From: an uncultured Verrucomicrobiota bacterium
GTDB taxonomy: Bacteria > Verrucomicrobiota > Kiritimatiellia > RFP12 > UBA1067
NCBI GenBank assembly: GCA_946544115.1
Contig: CAMNLW010000004.1
Coordinates: forward strand, 1 to 44,405
Direction of reading: 5' to 3'
DNA length: 44,405 nt
Numbering within the stretch: the stretch's first letter is position 1; each line of letters begins with the position of its first letter. Made by a program: the position numbers and the translations under genes. Of this stretch, positions 19,237 to 28,850 are shown in pieces. Below the pieces are notes generated by a model. The model saw nothing but the letters and a program-made list of their open reading frames with translations, had not been told where the DNA came from and searched no databases.

Positions 19237-19742
19237 AAAGAATCGTCATGCTTCTTGTCGTCGCGTCGCTGGCATTCGCCGGCTGCCGCACCGGCTATTC
19301 GTGGAAAAGCGGCGTGCCTGAGAATCTGCGCACGGTTTGCGTGCCGGTGTTCCGCAACGAATCCGATTCGACCGAGCTCGGGCCGCTCGCGGCACGGCAG
19401 ATTCTGCGCGAACTGCAGCGCGAGGGAACGTTCAGGATCGCGCGGCCCGACGACGCGGCAGTCGAGATACAGGGCGTGATAAAGAGCGCGTCTTCGTCAT
19501 TCAGCGGCGGCAGCCGCAAGACGGGCATGAGGTTTGCCGACTACAGGTACACGGCGGCGGTGGAGGTGTCGGTCGTGGACAGGCTGAGCGGCCGCGTGCT
19601 CATAGACGGCCGCCGCTACACGGCGGAGACGGTCTACGCGGCGGGGCTTGATCTTTCGACGGCGGCGCGCAACGCAAATGGCAGACTGGCGGAAGACCTC
19701 GCGCGGCAGATTGTGGATGACCTGCTGGCGGTGCAATGGTGA
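19233..19742 (+). CDS. lptE: LPS assembly lipoprotein LptE
   Basis: Lipobox FAGC, GY, TVCVPVFRNES, C-terminal LAEDLARQIVD. Confidence 0.8.
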   Translation: MKRIVMLLVVASLAFAGCRTGYSWKSGVPENLRTVCVPVFRNESDSTELGPLAARQILRELQREGTFRIARPDDAAVEIQGVIKSASSSFSGGSRKTGMRFADYRYTAAVEVSVVDRLSGRVLIDGRRYTAETVYAAGLDLSTAARNANGRLAEDLARQIVDDLLAVQW

Positions 19743-19753
19743 AGGAGGATACG

Positions 19754-20062
19754 ATGAACGACGTTCATGCAGTGATAGAATTGAGGATAACGCCGCAGCG
19801 TGACTGCGGCTTCGGCAAAATCGCGGAGAGGGTCGCCAAGTTCGAACAGGTCGAGGCGTGCTTTCTGATGTCCGGCGGCTACGACCTCCTGGTGTTCGTG
19901 AGGGGCGAGAGCCTGCAGGACGTGGCGCACTTTGTGGCGGCCGACCTGTCGACGATTGACGGCGTCCTCTCGACCGCGACGCATTTCATGCTCAAGACCT
20001 ACAAGGCGAAGGGCGTTCTGGAGGCGCTCGGGACCGATGAACGGCTGGCCGTCACGCCGTGA
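19754..20062 (+). CDS. Stand-alone Lrp/AsnC ligand-binding (RAM) domain protein
   Basis: GF..IAER...F..V....LMSGGYDL, LSTIDGVLSTATHF.LK.YK; AAGGAGG SD; no N-terminal HTH. Confidence 0.8.
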   Translation: MNDVHAVIELRITPQRDCGFGKIAERVAKFEQVEACFLMSGGYDLLVFVRGESLQDVAHFVAADLSTIDGVLSTATHFMLKTYKAKGVLEALGTDERLAVTP

Positions 20063-20110
20063 CCGAGGCCGCGAGGAACACTACAGAGATTTAACGAAGG
20101 AGATGTAAAT

Positions 20111-21499
20111 ATGGCAGTTGATCTTGCACAGAAGGCGCAGAATTTCACGAACCGCGGCCGTCAGGCGCTGGAGTCCGGCAAGTACGAGCTTGCGGTTGAT
20201 ATGCTCATGGAGGCGGTGTCGGCGGCGCCGGATGTTCTCGAAACGCGCAAGCTTCTGAGAGCCGCGCAGATCGCAAATTTCCGCCACAACGGCAAGGCGG
20301 GGCTGGGCGCGAAGCTCGGCTACATGATGGCCCGCGGCAAGATAATGGGCCTGGTTAAGAAGGGCAAAGGGGTCGAGGCCATGGCCGAGGCCGAAAAGCT
20401 GCTCTGCCAGAATCCGCTCGATGCCGACAACATCGAGGCGGCGGTCAAGGCGGCCGAGGCGGCCGGCAAGGCCGACCATGCGGCGATATCGGTCGAGGCT
20501 GCCTACGAGTGCAGCAACAAGGATCCGTCGCTGCTCGAGCGCGTCGCGACCTACTACACGATGGCGAAGCGCTGGGACAAGGCGCGCGACGCCTACCAGA
20601 AGCTTGCCGAACTCAAGCCGGGCGACCAGCGCGTCATGCAGCTTCTCAAGAACACCGAGGCCCAGGCGACGATGAACGCCGGCTGGGAGCAGACTGCGGG
20701 CAAGAAGGGCGGCTTCCAGAATCTCATCGCCAACAAGGAGCAGGCGAAGAAGCTCGACCAGGCCAACAAAGCGATGGTTGTCGGCGAGGACGCCGAGGCG
20801 CTCATCCAGGAGAAGATCAAGCAGATCGAGGCCGAGCCGAAGAACATGAACTATCGCCGCGCGCTCGCGCGAATCTACATCCAGAACAAGCGCTATGCCG
20901 AGGCGGTGGAGTGCCTCACGGCGGCGATCGAGGCGTCGGGCGCGATGGACCCCGAGCTCGACCGCATGCTTTCGCAGACGCGCGTGCAGTACTACGACCA
21001 GCAGATCGCCGCGCTCAAGGCCGAGGGCAACGAGGACCGCGCGGCCGAGCTGGAGGGCGAGAAGAACCAGTTCGTCTTCGACGACCTCGCCGCGCGTGTC
21101 GAGCGTTATCCGAACGACCTCCACCTCAGATACGAGCTCGGCGTGCTGTACTTCACCTACGAATACTACGACGAGGCGCTCGAACATCTCCAGCTCGCGC
21201 AGAAGAGCCCGAAGGACCGCCTGTGGGCGTTGTACTATCTGGCGATGTGCTTCATGAGGAAGGGCCAGACTGATATGGCGGTCATGCAGCTTGAGACGGC
21301 GCGCGACCAGCTGCCGATGATGGACGACCTCAAGAAGAAGGTCGTCTACCAGCTAGGTCTCTGCGCGGAGTCGCAGGGCGATCTTGAAAAGGCCTACCAG
21401 TACTACAAGGACGTCTATTCGGCAGATGTCGGCTTCGAGGATCTATCCGAGCGCATGCTCGCCGTTTCGCAGGCTCTCAAGGAACAGCAGCAGGGGTAG
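20111..21499 (+). CDS. Cytoplasmic tetratricopeptide repeat protein
   Basis: Multiple TPR-like helical repeats; AAGGAG SD. Confidence 0.85.
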   Translation: MAVDLAQKAQNFTNRGRQALESGKYELAVDMLMEAVSAAPDVLETRKLLRAAQIANFRHNGKAGLGAKLGYMMARGKIMGLVKKGKGVEAMAEAEKLLCQNPLDADNIEAAVKAAEAAGKADHAAISVEAAYECSNKDPSLLERVATYYTMAKRWDKARDAYQKLAELKPGDQRVMQLLKNTEAQATMNAGWEQTAGKKGGFQNLIANKEQAKKLDQANKAMVVGEDAEALIQEKIKQIEAEPKNMNYRRALARIYIQNKRYAEAVECLTAAIEASGAMDPELDRMLSQTRVQYYDQQIAALKAEGNEDRAAELEGEKNQFVFDDLAARVERYPNDLHLRYELGVLYFTYEYYDEALEHLQLAQKSPKDRLWALYYLAMCFMRKGQTDMAVMQLETARDQLPMMDDLKKKVVYQLGLCAESQGDLEKAYQYYKDVYSADVGFEDLSERMLAVSQALKEQQQG

Positions 21500-21504
21500 A
21501 AAAA

Positions 21505-21579
21505 TGGCAGCCCCAAGGAGAGTCGAACTCCTCTACCAAGCATGAAAAGCTCGTGTCCTAGCCGATAGACGATGGGGCC
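21505..21579 (-). tRNA. tRNA-Glu (UUC)
   Basis: Minus strand GGCCCCA...CGAGC-TTTTCAT-GCTTG...AGGAG-TTCGACT-CTCCT-TGGGGCT-G-CCA; 75-nt cloverleaf with encoded CCA. Confidence 0.97.
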
Positions 21580-21596
21580 GCTTCAAACAGGCGCAA

Positions 21597-21605
21597 ATTA
21601 TACCA
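21597..21605 (-). promoter_or_regulatory. Extended -10 promoter for tRNA-Glu
   Basis: TGGTATAAT on the minus strand, 17 nt upstream of the tRNA 5' end. Confidence 0.75.
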
Positions 21606-21645
21606 TAATTCCCCCGTGCATTGCAAGGGGGGGCCGGAGGCGGCC

Positions 21646-22758
21646 GTGACCGAGCGCGAAGCATACGTCGCATTCAACCTCACGGACCGCATAGGCTCCG
21701 TGGGTGTCGATGGTCTGGCAGAGCGCTGCGGCGATGTTGCGGCGGCGTGGGAGAGCTATCCCGAAAAGGTGTCGCGGCAGGGAGGTGAAGTCGACTGGAA
21801 GGGCGAGTTCGCCAAGGCGCGGCGCTACGGCGTGACGATTGTAACACCCGTCGACGAAGAGTATCCGCCGCTTCTCAAGAAGACGCGCGGCCATCCGCTG
21901 GCGCTGTATGTGAAAGGCGACGTAAAGGTTCTCTCCAAGCCTGCCGTCGCGATCGTCGGCACGAGACGGGCGACGGCTTACGGGCTCGACCAGGCGGCCA
22001 GGTTTGCACACGATCTGGCGCAGAACGGATGGTGCATCGTCTCGGGCCTTGCGCTTGGCGTCGACGCCGAGGCGTCGCGCGGAGCTCTCACCGCAGGCGG
22101 GCGCACGGTCGGTGTGCTCGGGTCGGCGCTCGACAGGTTCTATCCCGAGCAGAACCGCGAGCTCGCGCGCGAGATTGTGAAGAAGGGCGGCGCGGTCGTA
22201 AGCGAGTTTCCGTTCGGTCGCGACCCGGATCAGCAGACTTTCCCGCAGAGGAACCATGTCGTCGCCGCGCTGGCGTCGGGCGTGATAGCGGTCGAGGCGC
22301 CTGTAAAGAGCGGGACGCTCATAACGACCTCCATCGCCGCAGATATCGGCCGCGTTGTGATGGCGGTTCCCGGCCGGGTCGATTCTCCGCGCAGTGCGGG
22401 ATGTCTCGCGCTCATACGCGACGGGGCGACGCTTGTAAGGAGCGCCGACGATGTTGCAGAGGCGCTTTCATCGCTGCTGCCTGCCAAGGAGCTGCGGCGG
22501 CCGCACGGCGCGGCCGGGCATGCGCCGGCCGCCGCCGCGTCAAGCCCTGCGGCTCCGGTCGCTCCTGTGCCTGAGCTGTCGCTCGAAGAGGCGATGGTGA
22601 TGAGGGAGCTAGACACCGGCGGCGTCACACAGGATAAACTTGTGGAGCGCACCGGTCTTTCGCCGCAGAAGGTGCGGTCGCTTGCCATGACGCTTCGTTT
22701 GAAGGGTCGCGTACGGTTCCTCGCCGGAGGCCGCGTCGCCCTGCCACGTGAAATTTGA
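21646..22758 (+). CDS. dprA: DNA-processing protein DprA
   Basis: YPPLLK, AIVGTRRAT.YG, IVSGLALGVD, VSEFP, FPQRN, EAPVKSGTLIT, C-terminal wHTH; GGAGG before GTG 21646. Confidence 0.95.
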   Translation: MTEREAYVAFNLTDRIGSVGVDGLAERCGDVAAAWESYPEKVSRQGGEVDWKGEFAKARRYGVTIVTPVDEEYPPLLKKTRGHPLALYVKGDVKVLSKPAVAIVGTRRATAYGLDQAARFAHDLAQNGWCIVSGLALGVDAEASRGALTAGGRTVGVLGSALDRFYPEQNRELAREIVKKGGAVVSEFPFGRDPDQQTFPQRNHVVAALASGVIAVEAPVKSGTLITTSIAADIGRVVMAVPGRVDSPRSAGCLALIRDGATLVRSADDVAEALSSLLPAKELRRPHGAAGHAPAAAASSPAAPVAPVPELSLEEAMVMRELDTGGVTQDKLVERTGLSPQKVRSLAMTLRLKGRVRFLAGGRVALPREI

Positions 22759-22771
22759 TATAATCTGCGCT

Positions 22772-23353
22772 ATGAAAATCAACCTGCCAGCCATTGTATT
22801 GTTTATGCTGCCCGTGCTTGCCGGATGCCTCGGTCCCGCGCCGAAGGCGCCGAGGAACTGGCTAGTCGAATGGACGGGCCCCGCCGCCGCCGAAGAGGCG
22901 AACCCGGCGGCGCCGTCGGTGAAGCTTCAGCAGCTTGAAGTGCTGGCGCCGTACGGCGGGACGCGCCTTGCGGTTATGCGGTCCGACGGCTCGATAGCGT
23001 TCGACGCGTTCAACTCGTTCGCCGCCGCGCCCGCCTCGCTCATGAGGGGGGCGGCGTTCGACGCGATCGAGGCCAGCGGGCGCTTCTCGCGCGTCGTGAG
23101 GCCGGGTTCTTCCGCCGCCGCCGATTTTTCGCTGGAGGCGACCGTCGTGCGCCTGGCTCTCGACTGCCGGGCCGAAGGCCGCCGCGAGGCGTCGGTCGCG
23201 CTGGTCATGACTCTTGTGCGTGGCAGGTCGGTGGTGGCTTCGTCAAAGGCGGAGGCGTCGGCTCTTCTCGAAGGCGGCAATTTCTCGGCCGCGTTTTCGC
23301 GTGCGTTTGGTGACGCCGCGCTTGCAGCGCTCAAGTCGCTAGAGGTGAAATGA
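22772..23353 (+). CDS. ABC-type transport auxiliary lipoprotein (PqiC-like)
   Basis: Lipobox LAGC; first gene of the Mla-type operon; TGATATAAT at 22756-22764, 7 nt before the ATG. Confidence 0.75.
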   Translation: MKINLPAIVLFMLPVLAGCLGPAPKAPRNWLVEWTGPAAAEEANPAAPSVKLQQLEVLAPYGGTRLAVMRSDGSIAFDAFNSFAAAPASLMRGAAFDAIEASGRFSRVVRPGSSAAADFSLEATVVRLALDCRAEGRREASVALVMTLVRGRSVVASSKAEASALLEGGNFSAAFSRAFGDAALAALKSLEVK

Positions 23354-24141
23354 AGTTGTTCACGTCCATCGGCAGGGGTTGGATGGACGGCCTTTTGGCC
23401 TTCCATGATTCGCTGGCTGTGCTCGGCGAGACTGTCTGTGAGACGTTGGCGCTGCCGTTAAGGCCAGGGCGCTTCAGAGGCCGCGATTTTCTCGTGGCGT
23501 TCCAGCGCGCGGCGTTCGACGGGCTTCCCATATGCACGGGAATCGGCTTTCTGCTGGGGCTCATACTGGCGTTCGAGTCGGCTGCGGCGCTGAGGACCTT
23601 CGGCGTCGAGTCGTATGTTGCCGACCTGCTGGCAATAGGGCTTTTCCGCGAGCTCGGGCCGCTCGTGACAGCGATCGTGCTCGCGGGGCGCTCAGGCAGC
23701 GCGTTCGCGGCCGAGATCGGCACTATGAAAGTCGACGAGGAGCTGGACGCGCTGTCGACCATGGGGCTGCCGCCGGTGAGGTTTCTCGTCCTGCCGCGCA
23801 CGCTCGCCGCGACTTTCGCCATGCCGATCCTTACGATATTCGTCGAGCTGGCCGGCCTTGTGGGCGGGGCGATCGTCCTCAAGATGATGGATATACCCGG
23901 CGCGGTGTACTGGGGGAACGTCGTGCGCACGGCGGATACGTTCATGATAACGTTCGGGCTCGCTAAGGCGGCCTTTTTCGGCATGCTCGTCGGTTTTGTA
24001 GGGTGCTGCGCCGGTATGCGCACGCGGACGACCGCCGACGGCGTAGGCGTGGCGGCCACTTCGGCGGTCGTCGGCGGGATAGTCTCGGTCGCCGTTTCCG
24101 ACGGCGTCATCGCGGTTGTATGCCACTTCTGGGGGGTGTGA
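23350..24141 (+). CDS. mlaE: MlaE-family ABC permease
   Basis: RELGPLVTAIVLAGRSGSAFAAEIGTMKVDEELDAL. Confidence 0.92.
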   Translation: MKLFTSIGRGWMDGLLAFHDSLAVLGETVCETLALPLRPGRFRGRDFLVAFQRAAFDGLPICTGIGFLLGLILAFESAAALRTFGVESYVADLLAIGLFRELGPLVTAIVLAGRSGSAFAAEIGTMKVDEELDALSTMGLPPVRFLVLPRTLAATFAMPILTIFVELAGLVGGAIVLKMMDIPGAVYWGNVVRTADTFMITFGLAKAAFFGMLVGFVGCCAGMRTRTTADGVGVAATSAVVGGIVSVAVSDGVIAVVCHFWGV

Positions 24142-24142
24142 C

Positions 24143-24883
24143 GTGGACGACGCGGTGGTGAGGCTTGAGCATGTAGACGCGGGCTACCCAGGAGAGGTGG
24201 TCCTTCGAGACGTGTCTTTCGAAGTGAATCGCGGCGAGGTGTTCGCGCTTCTTGGAGGTTCCGGCTGCGGGAAGTCGACGGTCATGAAGCACATGATCGG
24301 GCTGAACCCTGTTCTCGCGGGCGATCTCACCGTCGCCGGCGAGCGGTGGACCGCGAAGACGCGCGCGGCGCTCTGCCGCAGGATCGGGGTCATGTATCAG
24401 AGCGGCGCGTTGTTCGGATCGATGACATGTCTGGAGAACGTCCTGCTGCCGCTTGAAGAGTTCTCCGGCCTCAAGCGCCGCGCGCGCGAGGAGAAGGCGC
24501 GCTCGCTTCTGGCGGACGTCGAGCTTCTGGACGCGGCGGAGAAAATGCCGTCCGAAATCTCCGGCGGCATGCGCAAGCGCATCGCCATCGCCCGCGCCAT
24601 GGCGCTGGACCCGGAGGTGGTTTTCCTAGACGAGCCGAGCGCCGGTCTCGACCCGATAACATCGTCGGCGCTGGACGATCTGGTGCTGCGCCTGAGGCGC
24701 GAGCGAGCCATGACGTTCGTAGTGGTCACCCACGAGCTGCCGAGCATTTTCAAGATCGCCGACAGGTGCGCGATGTTCGACAAGGCGCGGCGCGGCATGA
24801 TAGCGCTCGGGACGCCGACCGCGCTGAGGGACGGTTCGGAGGATGAGTTTGTGAGAAGGTTTTTCAACAGAGGGGAGTCATAA
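24143..24883 (+). CDS. mlaF: MlaF-family ABC ATPase
   Basis: GGSGCGKST, ISGGMRKR, FLDEPSAGLDP, VVTHEL; start codon uncertain (GTG 24143). Confidence 0.9.
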   Translation: MDDAVVRLEHVDAGYPGEVVLRDVSFEVNRGEVFALLGGSGCGKSTVMKHMIGLNPVLAGDLTVAGERWTAKTRAALCRRIGVMYQSGALFGSMTCLENVLLPLEEFSGLKRRAREEKARSLLADVELLDAAEKMPSEISGGMRKRIAIARAMALDPEVVFLDEPSAGLDPITSSALDDLVLRLRRERAMTFVVVTHELPSIFKIADRCAMFDKARRGMIALGTPTALRDGSEDEFVRRFFNRGES

Positions 24884-24885
24884 AG

Positions 24886-25674
24886 ATGTCAAACGAAAAC
24901 AAGCCGAGGTATGCGCGAATAGGTTTCATCGTGCTTGCGGGCGCCGTCGCCATCGCCGCCACGCTCGTGTATCTTGGCGGTTTCAGCGGGAAAGATACGC
25001 AGGTGATCATAGAGTCCTACTACGACAAACCCGTGAGCGGACTTTCGGCGGGGAGTGCGGTGAACTTCCGCGGCGTCAAGATAGGCGAGGTCAAGTACAT
25101 CAGGCTCGAAGGACTGCAGGCGGGCGATCTCACCACGGCCGACGCGCAGCGCGTGAGGATATTCATGTCGTTTGATCTGCACAAGATAGGCGTGCGCGGC
25201 CGTCCGCCGCCCGAAGAGGTCGAGCAGGCGATAGGCGAATACGTCGCAAGAGGGCTGCGCGCCTCGGTGGTGTCGAGCGGCATCACCGGGCTTTCGCGCA
25301 TTGAACTGAACATGCTCGACGACCCGCCGCCGCCGGCGGAGCTCACGTGGACGCCGCGCCATCCTCTCATACCGCCCGCGCCGTCGCTCATGGAGGGTTT
25401 CGCCGACGCCGCGACGAAGGCCATGAACCAGTTGAACAAGATGGACTTCGTGTCGGTGTGGAGCAACGTGCAGGATGTCGCGGCGTCGGCCGCGCGGCTT
25501 GCGCGCAACGTCGACGCGCTCGTCGAGGGGCAGCGTGCGACCGTCGGCTCGATAGTGCGCAGCGTGGACGCCGCCGCCGAAAAGATTGAAGAGCTCGCGC
25601 GGAAGCTGGAGGAGAATCCGTCGCTGCTGCTGCGCCCTGCCGATCCTGAGCCTTTACCGGAGACATCGTTATGA
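24886..25674 (+). CDS. mlaD: MCE/MlaD family protein
   Basis: N-terminal TM, VSGLSAGSAVNFRGVKIGEV, GITG...IEL, C-terminal helical region ending ENPSLLL. Confidence 0.88.
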   Translation: MSNENKPRYARIGFIVLAGAVAIAATLVYLGGFSGKDTQVIIESYYDKPVSGLSAGSAVNFRGVKIGEVKYIRLEGLQAGDLTTADAQRVRIFMSFDLHKIGVRGRPPPEEVEQAIGEYVARGLRASVVSSGITGLSRIELNMLDDPPPPAELTWTPRHPLIPPAPSLMEGFADAATKAMNQLNKMDFVSVWSNVQDVAASAARLARNVDALVEGQRATVGSIVRSVDAAAEKIEELARKLEENPSLLLRPADPEPLPETSL

Positions 25675-27146
25675 AAAATGCAATCCACAAGTCGTTCTCT
25701 CTCGCCGCTGCCGCGTTCGCGCTTTTTGCCGGCGGCGCTTTTGCCGACATCCGAGCCGTGACGCCGGTGCCGTGGGACGGTGACCCCGCCTGCTGGCAGA
25801 TGAAGCGTCACGCCGAAAAGATGGGCGCCGTCACGAACGGCGGCGCGAAGGTCGTCTTCATCGGCGACTCGATAACCCACTTCTGGGAGACGAAGGGCAA
25901 GGTGCAGTGGAAGAAGTATTTCGCAAGCGGCAGACGCGCCGCGCTCAATCTCGGCACAAGCGGCGACCGCACGGAGCATGTGCTGTGGCGCATCACCGAG
26001 GGCGGCGAGCTTGACGGCTACGAGGCGAAGTGCATCCTTCTCATGATCGGGACGAACAATACAGGCCACCACACGTTTGCCGAGGAGCCGCCGGTCGACA
26101 CTATCCTCGGCGTGAAGCGAATCCTCGACGTGATCGCCGAGAAACAGCCAGGGGCGAGAACGATCCTCACGGCGATCTTCCCTCGCGGGGCGGACGCGAA
26201 TGACCCTCTGCGCAGGCGCAACAATATCGTGAACAAGGAAATCGCGAAATTCGCCGACGGCGGCAAGGTCGTATGGTGCGACTTCACAGACAGATTCCTG
26301 GACGGTGAGGGCCGCCTCAGCCGCGAACTCTTTCCCGATCTTCTGCATCCTGACGCGGCCGGCTATGAAATATGGGCAAGCGCCGTTGTGCCGCTGATAG
26401 ACAAGATTCTCGCTGCTCCGGCGGACGAGGCGATACCGTCCGTCTGGCCGTCGGCGCCGTGCATTTATTCGACGGCGGCGAACCTGTCCGCCGAGCCTGT
26501 GAGCGGATTTCCGGATTTCTTGTGGTGGGGCAAGGGCCGTCCCCTTGAGAAGAGAAACGAGATCGTCGGCAACGGACCGGTCGAATACGATCTTGTCATG
26601 GTCGGTGATTCTATAACCCATCGCTGGGAGCGCGAGGGCGGCGAGGGGCGTGAACTGTTCGCCGAGCTCCGCAAGAAGTATCGCGTTCTGAACCTCGGCT
26701 ACGGCGGCGACCAGACACGCCACCTCATATGGCGGCTTGCCAACGGAGAGCTTGAGGGCTACAAGGCGAAACTATTTCAGGTCATGATCGGCACGAACAA
26801 CCGCGATAGAGACCCTGCGGAAACGGCGGCCGGCATCAAGCGCGTTTTGGAAATCATAGAGGAGAAGCACCCCGAGTCTAAAATACTCCTTCTGCCGATC
26901 TTCCCTCGCGGGGCCGCCGCCGCCGACAAAAAACGAGTGCAGAACGAGAAGGTGAACGCCATAATCCGCAATTTAGCCGACGGCGACAGAATTGCATGGC
27001 TGGATTTCAACGAGCGGTTCTTCAACGCGGAGGGGCAGCTTACGAAAGAGGTTATGAACGACCTTCTCCACCCGAACGAGAACGGCTACAAGATATGGCT
27101 TGATGCCATAATGCCTGTGCTCAGGGAATATTGCGGCGACCGCTGA
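25671..27146 (+). CDS. Secreted tandem SGNH/GDSL esterase (two domains)
   Basis: Two copies of GDSITH.W, N.G..GD.T, MIGTNN, IFPRG, DLLHP...GY.IW. Confidence 0.9.
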   Translation: MKNAIHKSFSLAAAAFALFAGGAFADIRAVTPVPWDGDPACWQMKRHAEKMGAVTNGGAKVVFIGDSITHFWETKGKVQWKKYFASGRRAALNLGTSGDRTEHVLWRITEGGELDGYEAKCILLMIGTNNTGHHTFAEEPPVDTILGVKRILDVIAEKQPGARTILTAIFPRGADANDPLRRRNNIVNKEIAKFADGGKVVWCDFTDRFLDGEGRLSRELFPDLLHPDAAGYEIWASAVVPLIDKILAAPADEAIPSVWPSAPCIYSTAANLSAEPVSGFPDFLWWGKGRPLEKRNEIVGNGPVEYDLVMVGDSITHRWEREGGEGRELFAELRKKYRVLNLGYGGDQTRHLIWRLANGELEGYKAKLFQVMIGTNNRDRDPAETAAGIKRVLEIIEEKHPESKILLLPIFPRGAAAADKKRVQNEKVNAIIRNLADGDRIAWLDFNERFFNAEGQLTKEVMNDLLHPNENGYKIWLDAIMPVLREYCGDR

Positions 27147-27207
27147 CCTCCATAAGCGCGAAGAGGGCCCATTGCGGTCGCCAAGTGTCGCCGGAGCCGA
27201 AGCGGGT

Positions 27208-27241
27208 GGCGGCCTGCGGCTGCACGCGGTCGCCGTTTTTT
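27208..27241 (+). terminator. Probable intrinsic terminator
   Basis: GGCGGCC...GGTCGCC stem followed by a T run. Confidence 0.55.
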
Positions 27242-27250
27242 TGGTATAAT
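27242..27250 (+). promoter_or_regulatory. Extended -10 promoter
   Basis: TGGTATAAT upstream of GTG 27283. Confidence 0.65.
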
Positions 27251-27282
27251 ACCCACTTCAACAGGAAGAAGGCTTTACCAAA

Positions 27283-28278
27283 GTGAAAACTGAGACGGCA
27301 AAGTTTCGTGCGGCGGTCAGGGTGCTTTGCACTCTGGCGGCGGTTGCGTTCGCAGGCGCGGCTCATGCGTCGTGGTACTGGCCCTTCGGGGACGAAAGCT
27401 CAAGCAGGAGCAGGGCGAGGCTTTCAGAACTGATGGAGGACGCGACCGCCGCAATCGACGACGCTGCGGACTGTGCTGCGGACGGGAAGATTTCGGAGGC
27501 GATAGAGAAATACCGCAAGGCGCTTGACGAGCTGGACAAGGTGGAACGCGAAAATCCGGAGCGCGCCGCTACCGTCGAGTTTGCGTCCGTAAGGAACAAG
27601 CGAGCCTATGTGAACGCGGCTATAGATTCACTTTTGATGGCGCAGGCGCGTGAAAACGCGAAGGCTGTGGCGGTGACGGACACGACCGAGCTGGAAAAGC
27701 GCTTTGCAGAGCGGCGCAGGCGTTTGCTTGGCGACGATGGTTCGCGGGAACGTGCTTCTTCACAGGCGGCGGCGCCGTCGAGCGCGGCTGAAGCGGCGGC
27801 GGGCGTTCCTAAGCTTGAAAACCAGAAGGACGCGTTTATGGAAAAGGAGCGCGCCCGCAAGAAAGCCGTTCAGAGCAAGGCGGCTCGCGCGAAGATGGAG
27901 GGCAGGATCGCGACGCTTCTCGAGAAGGATCCTTCAAGCCCCAAGGCGCGCGTGATGCAGGCCGGGCTGATGATGGGCGACGGCGATCTTGCGGGGGCGA
28001 AGCAAAAACTGGCGGAAGTTCTGGCGCAGTCGCCTGCCGACACGTCGGCATTGAACATGATGGCGGTGTGCGCGGCGACGGAGGGCGGCTATTCCGAGGC
28101 GGATGATCTTCTCTCGCGCGCGATAAAGGCGAACCCGCGCGACTACCGCGCCTACTACAACATGGCGAATCTTGTCATGCAGGCGACCGGCGAGAAGACT
28201 GTCGCGCTTAAATACTACGAGACCGGGCGCAAGGTGGGCGGCCCGGAGGACAAGGCGCTGGAGGAGTCGTTGAAATGA
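27283..28278 (+). CDS. Secreted TPR-containing protein
   Basis: Signal peptide ending AAHA-SWYWPF; C-terminal TPRs (AIKANPRDYRAYYNMA). Confidence 0.75.
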   Translation: MKTETAKFRAAVRVLCTLAAVAFAGAAHASWYWPFGDESSSRSRARLSELMEDATAAIDDAADCAADGKISEAIEKYRKALDELDKVERENPERAATVEFASVRNKRAYVNAAIDSLLMAQARENAKAVAVTDTTELEKRFAERRRRLLGDDGSRERASSQAAAPSSAAEAAAGVPKLENQKDAFMEKERARKKAVQSKAARAKMEGRIATLLEKDPSSPKARVMQAGLMMGDGDLAGAKQKLAEVLAQSPADTSALNMMAVCAATEGGYSEADDLLSRAIKANPRDYRAYYNMANLVMQATGEKTVALKYYETGRKVGGPEDKALEESLK

Positions 28279-28850
28279 TCGCGTTCATAGCCAGTTTCAT
28301 GATTGCGACGAATGCTACGCCCGCCGAGCTCGTGGCGAGCTGCCGCACGATGATCCCTGCGGATGTCGAGCTTGACGGGCGCATAATCCTCAGAAACCGC
28401 AAAGGTTTTTCTCAGGCGGAGTATGGCTACACGCTCACCCGCAGGAACGGCGAGACCGATCTTGTTGTGAAGGACGGCTCGGGCGAGGCTGTTCCGTTCG
28501 AGAAGGAGGGTCGCATACTTGGGACTGATGTCACATGGAGCGACATAACGCTCGACTATCTGTGGTGGGACGACTTTTCGTTTGATGCCGAGCGCGAGGC
28601 CGAGTCGATTCACGGGCAGAAGTGCGCCGTAATCGTCATGAAGAAGGGCGAGAGGTCTGTGCGCGTGTGGGTGGACCGCAAGACCGGCGCGCTGATGCAG
28701 GCCGAGGAGTTCGCCGCCGACAGGCCTGTAAGGAGACTCTGGGGGACCAGAATAAAGAAATTTGGCGATCGCTGGATGGCGAACGTCATGGAAGTTGAAA
28801 CCCTTGGTTCGGGACACCGCACCAAAATAACAGTGGAGGAACTGAAATGA
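28275..28850 (+). CDS. Outer membrane lipoprotein-sorting (LolA-like) protein
   Basis: ILGTDVTWSDI, VRVWVDRKT, G.RT.I pattern typical of the LolA-like family. Confidence 0.7.
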   Translation: MIAFIASFMIATNATPAELVASCRTMIPADVELDGRIILRNRKGFSQAEYGYTLTRRNGETDLVVKDGSGEAVPFEKEGRILGTDVTWSDITLDYLWWDDFSFDAEREAESIHGQKCAVIVMKKGERSVRVWVDRKTGALMQAEEFAADRPVRRLWGTRIKKFGDRWMANVMEVETLGSGHRTKITVEELK

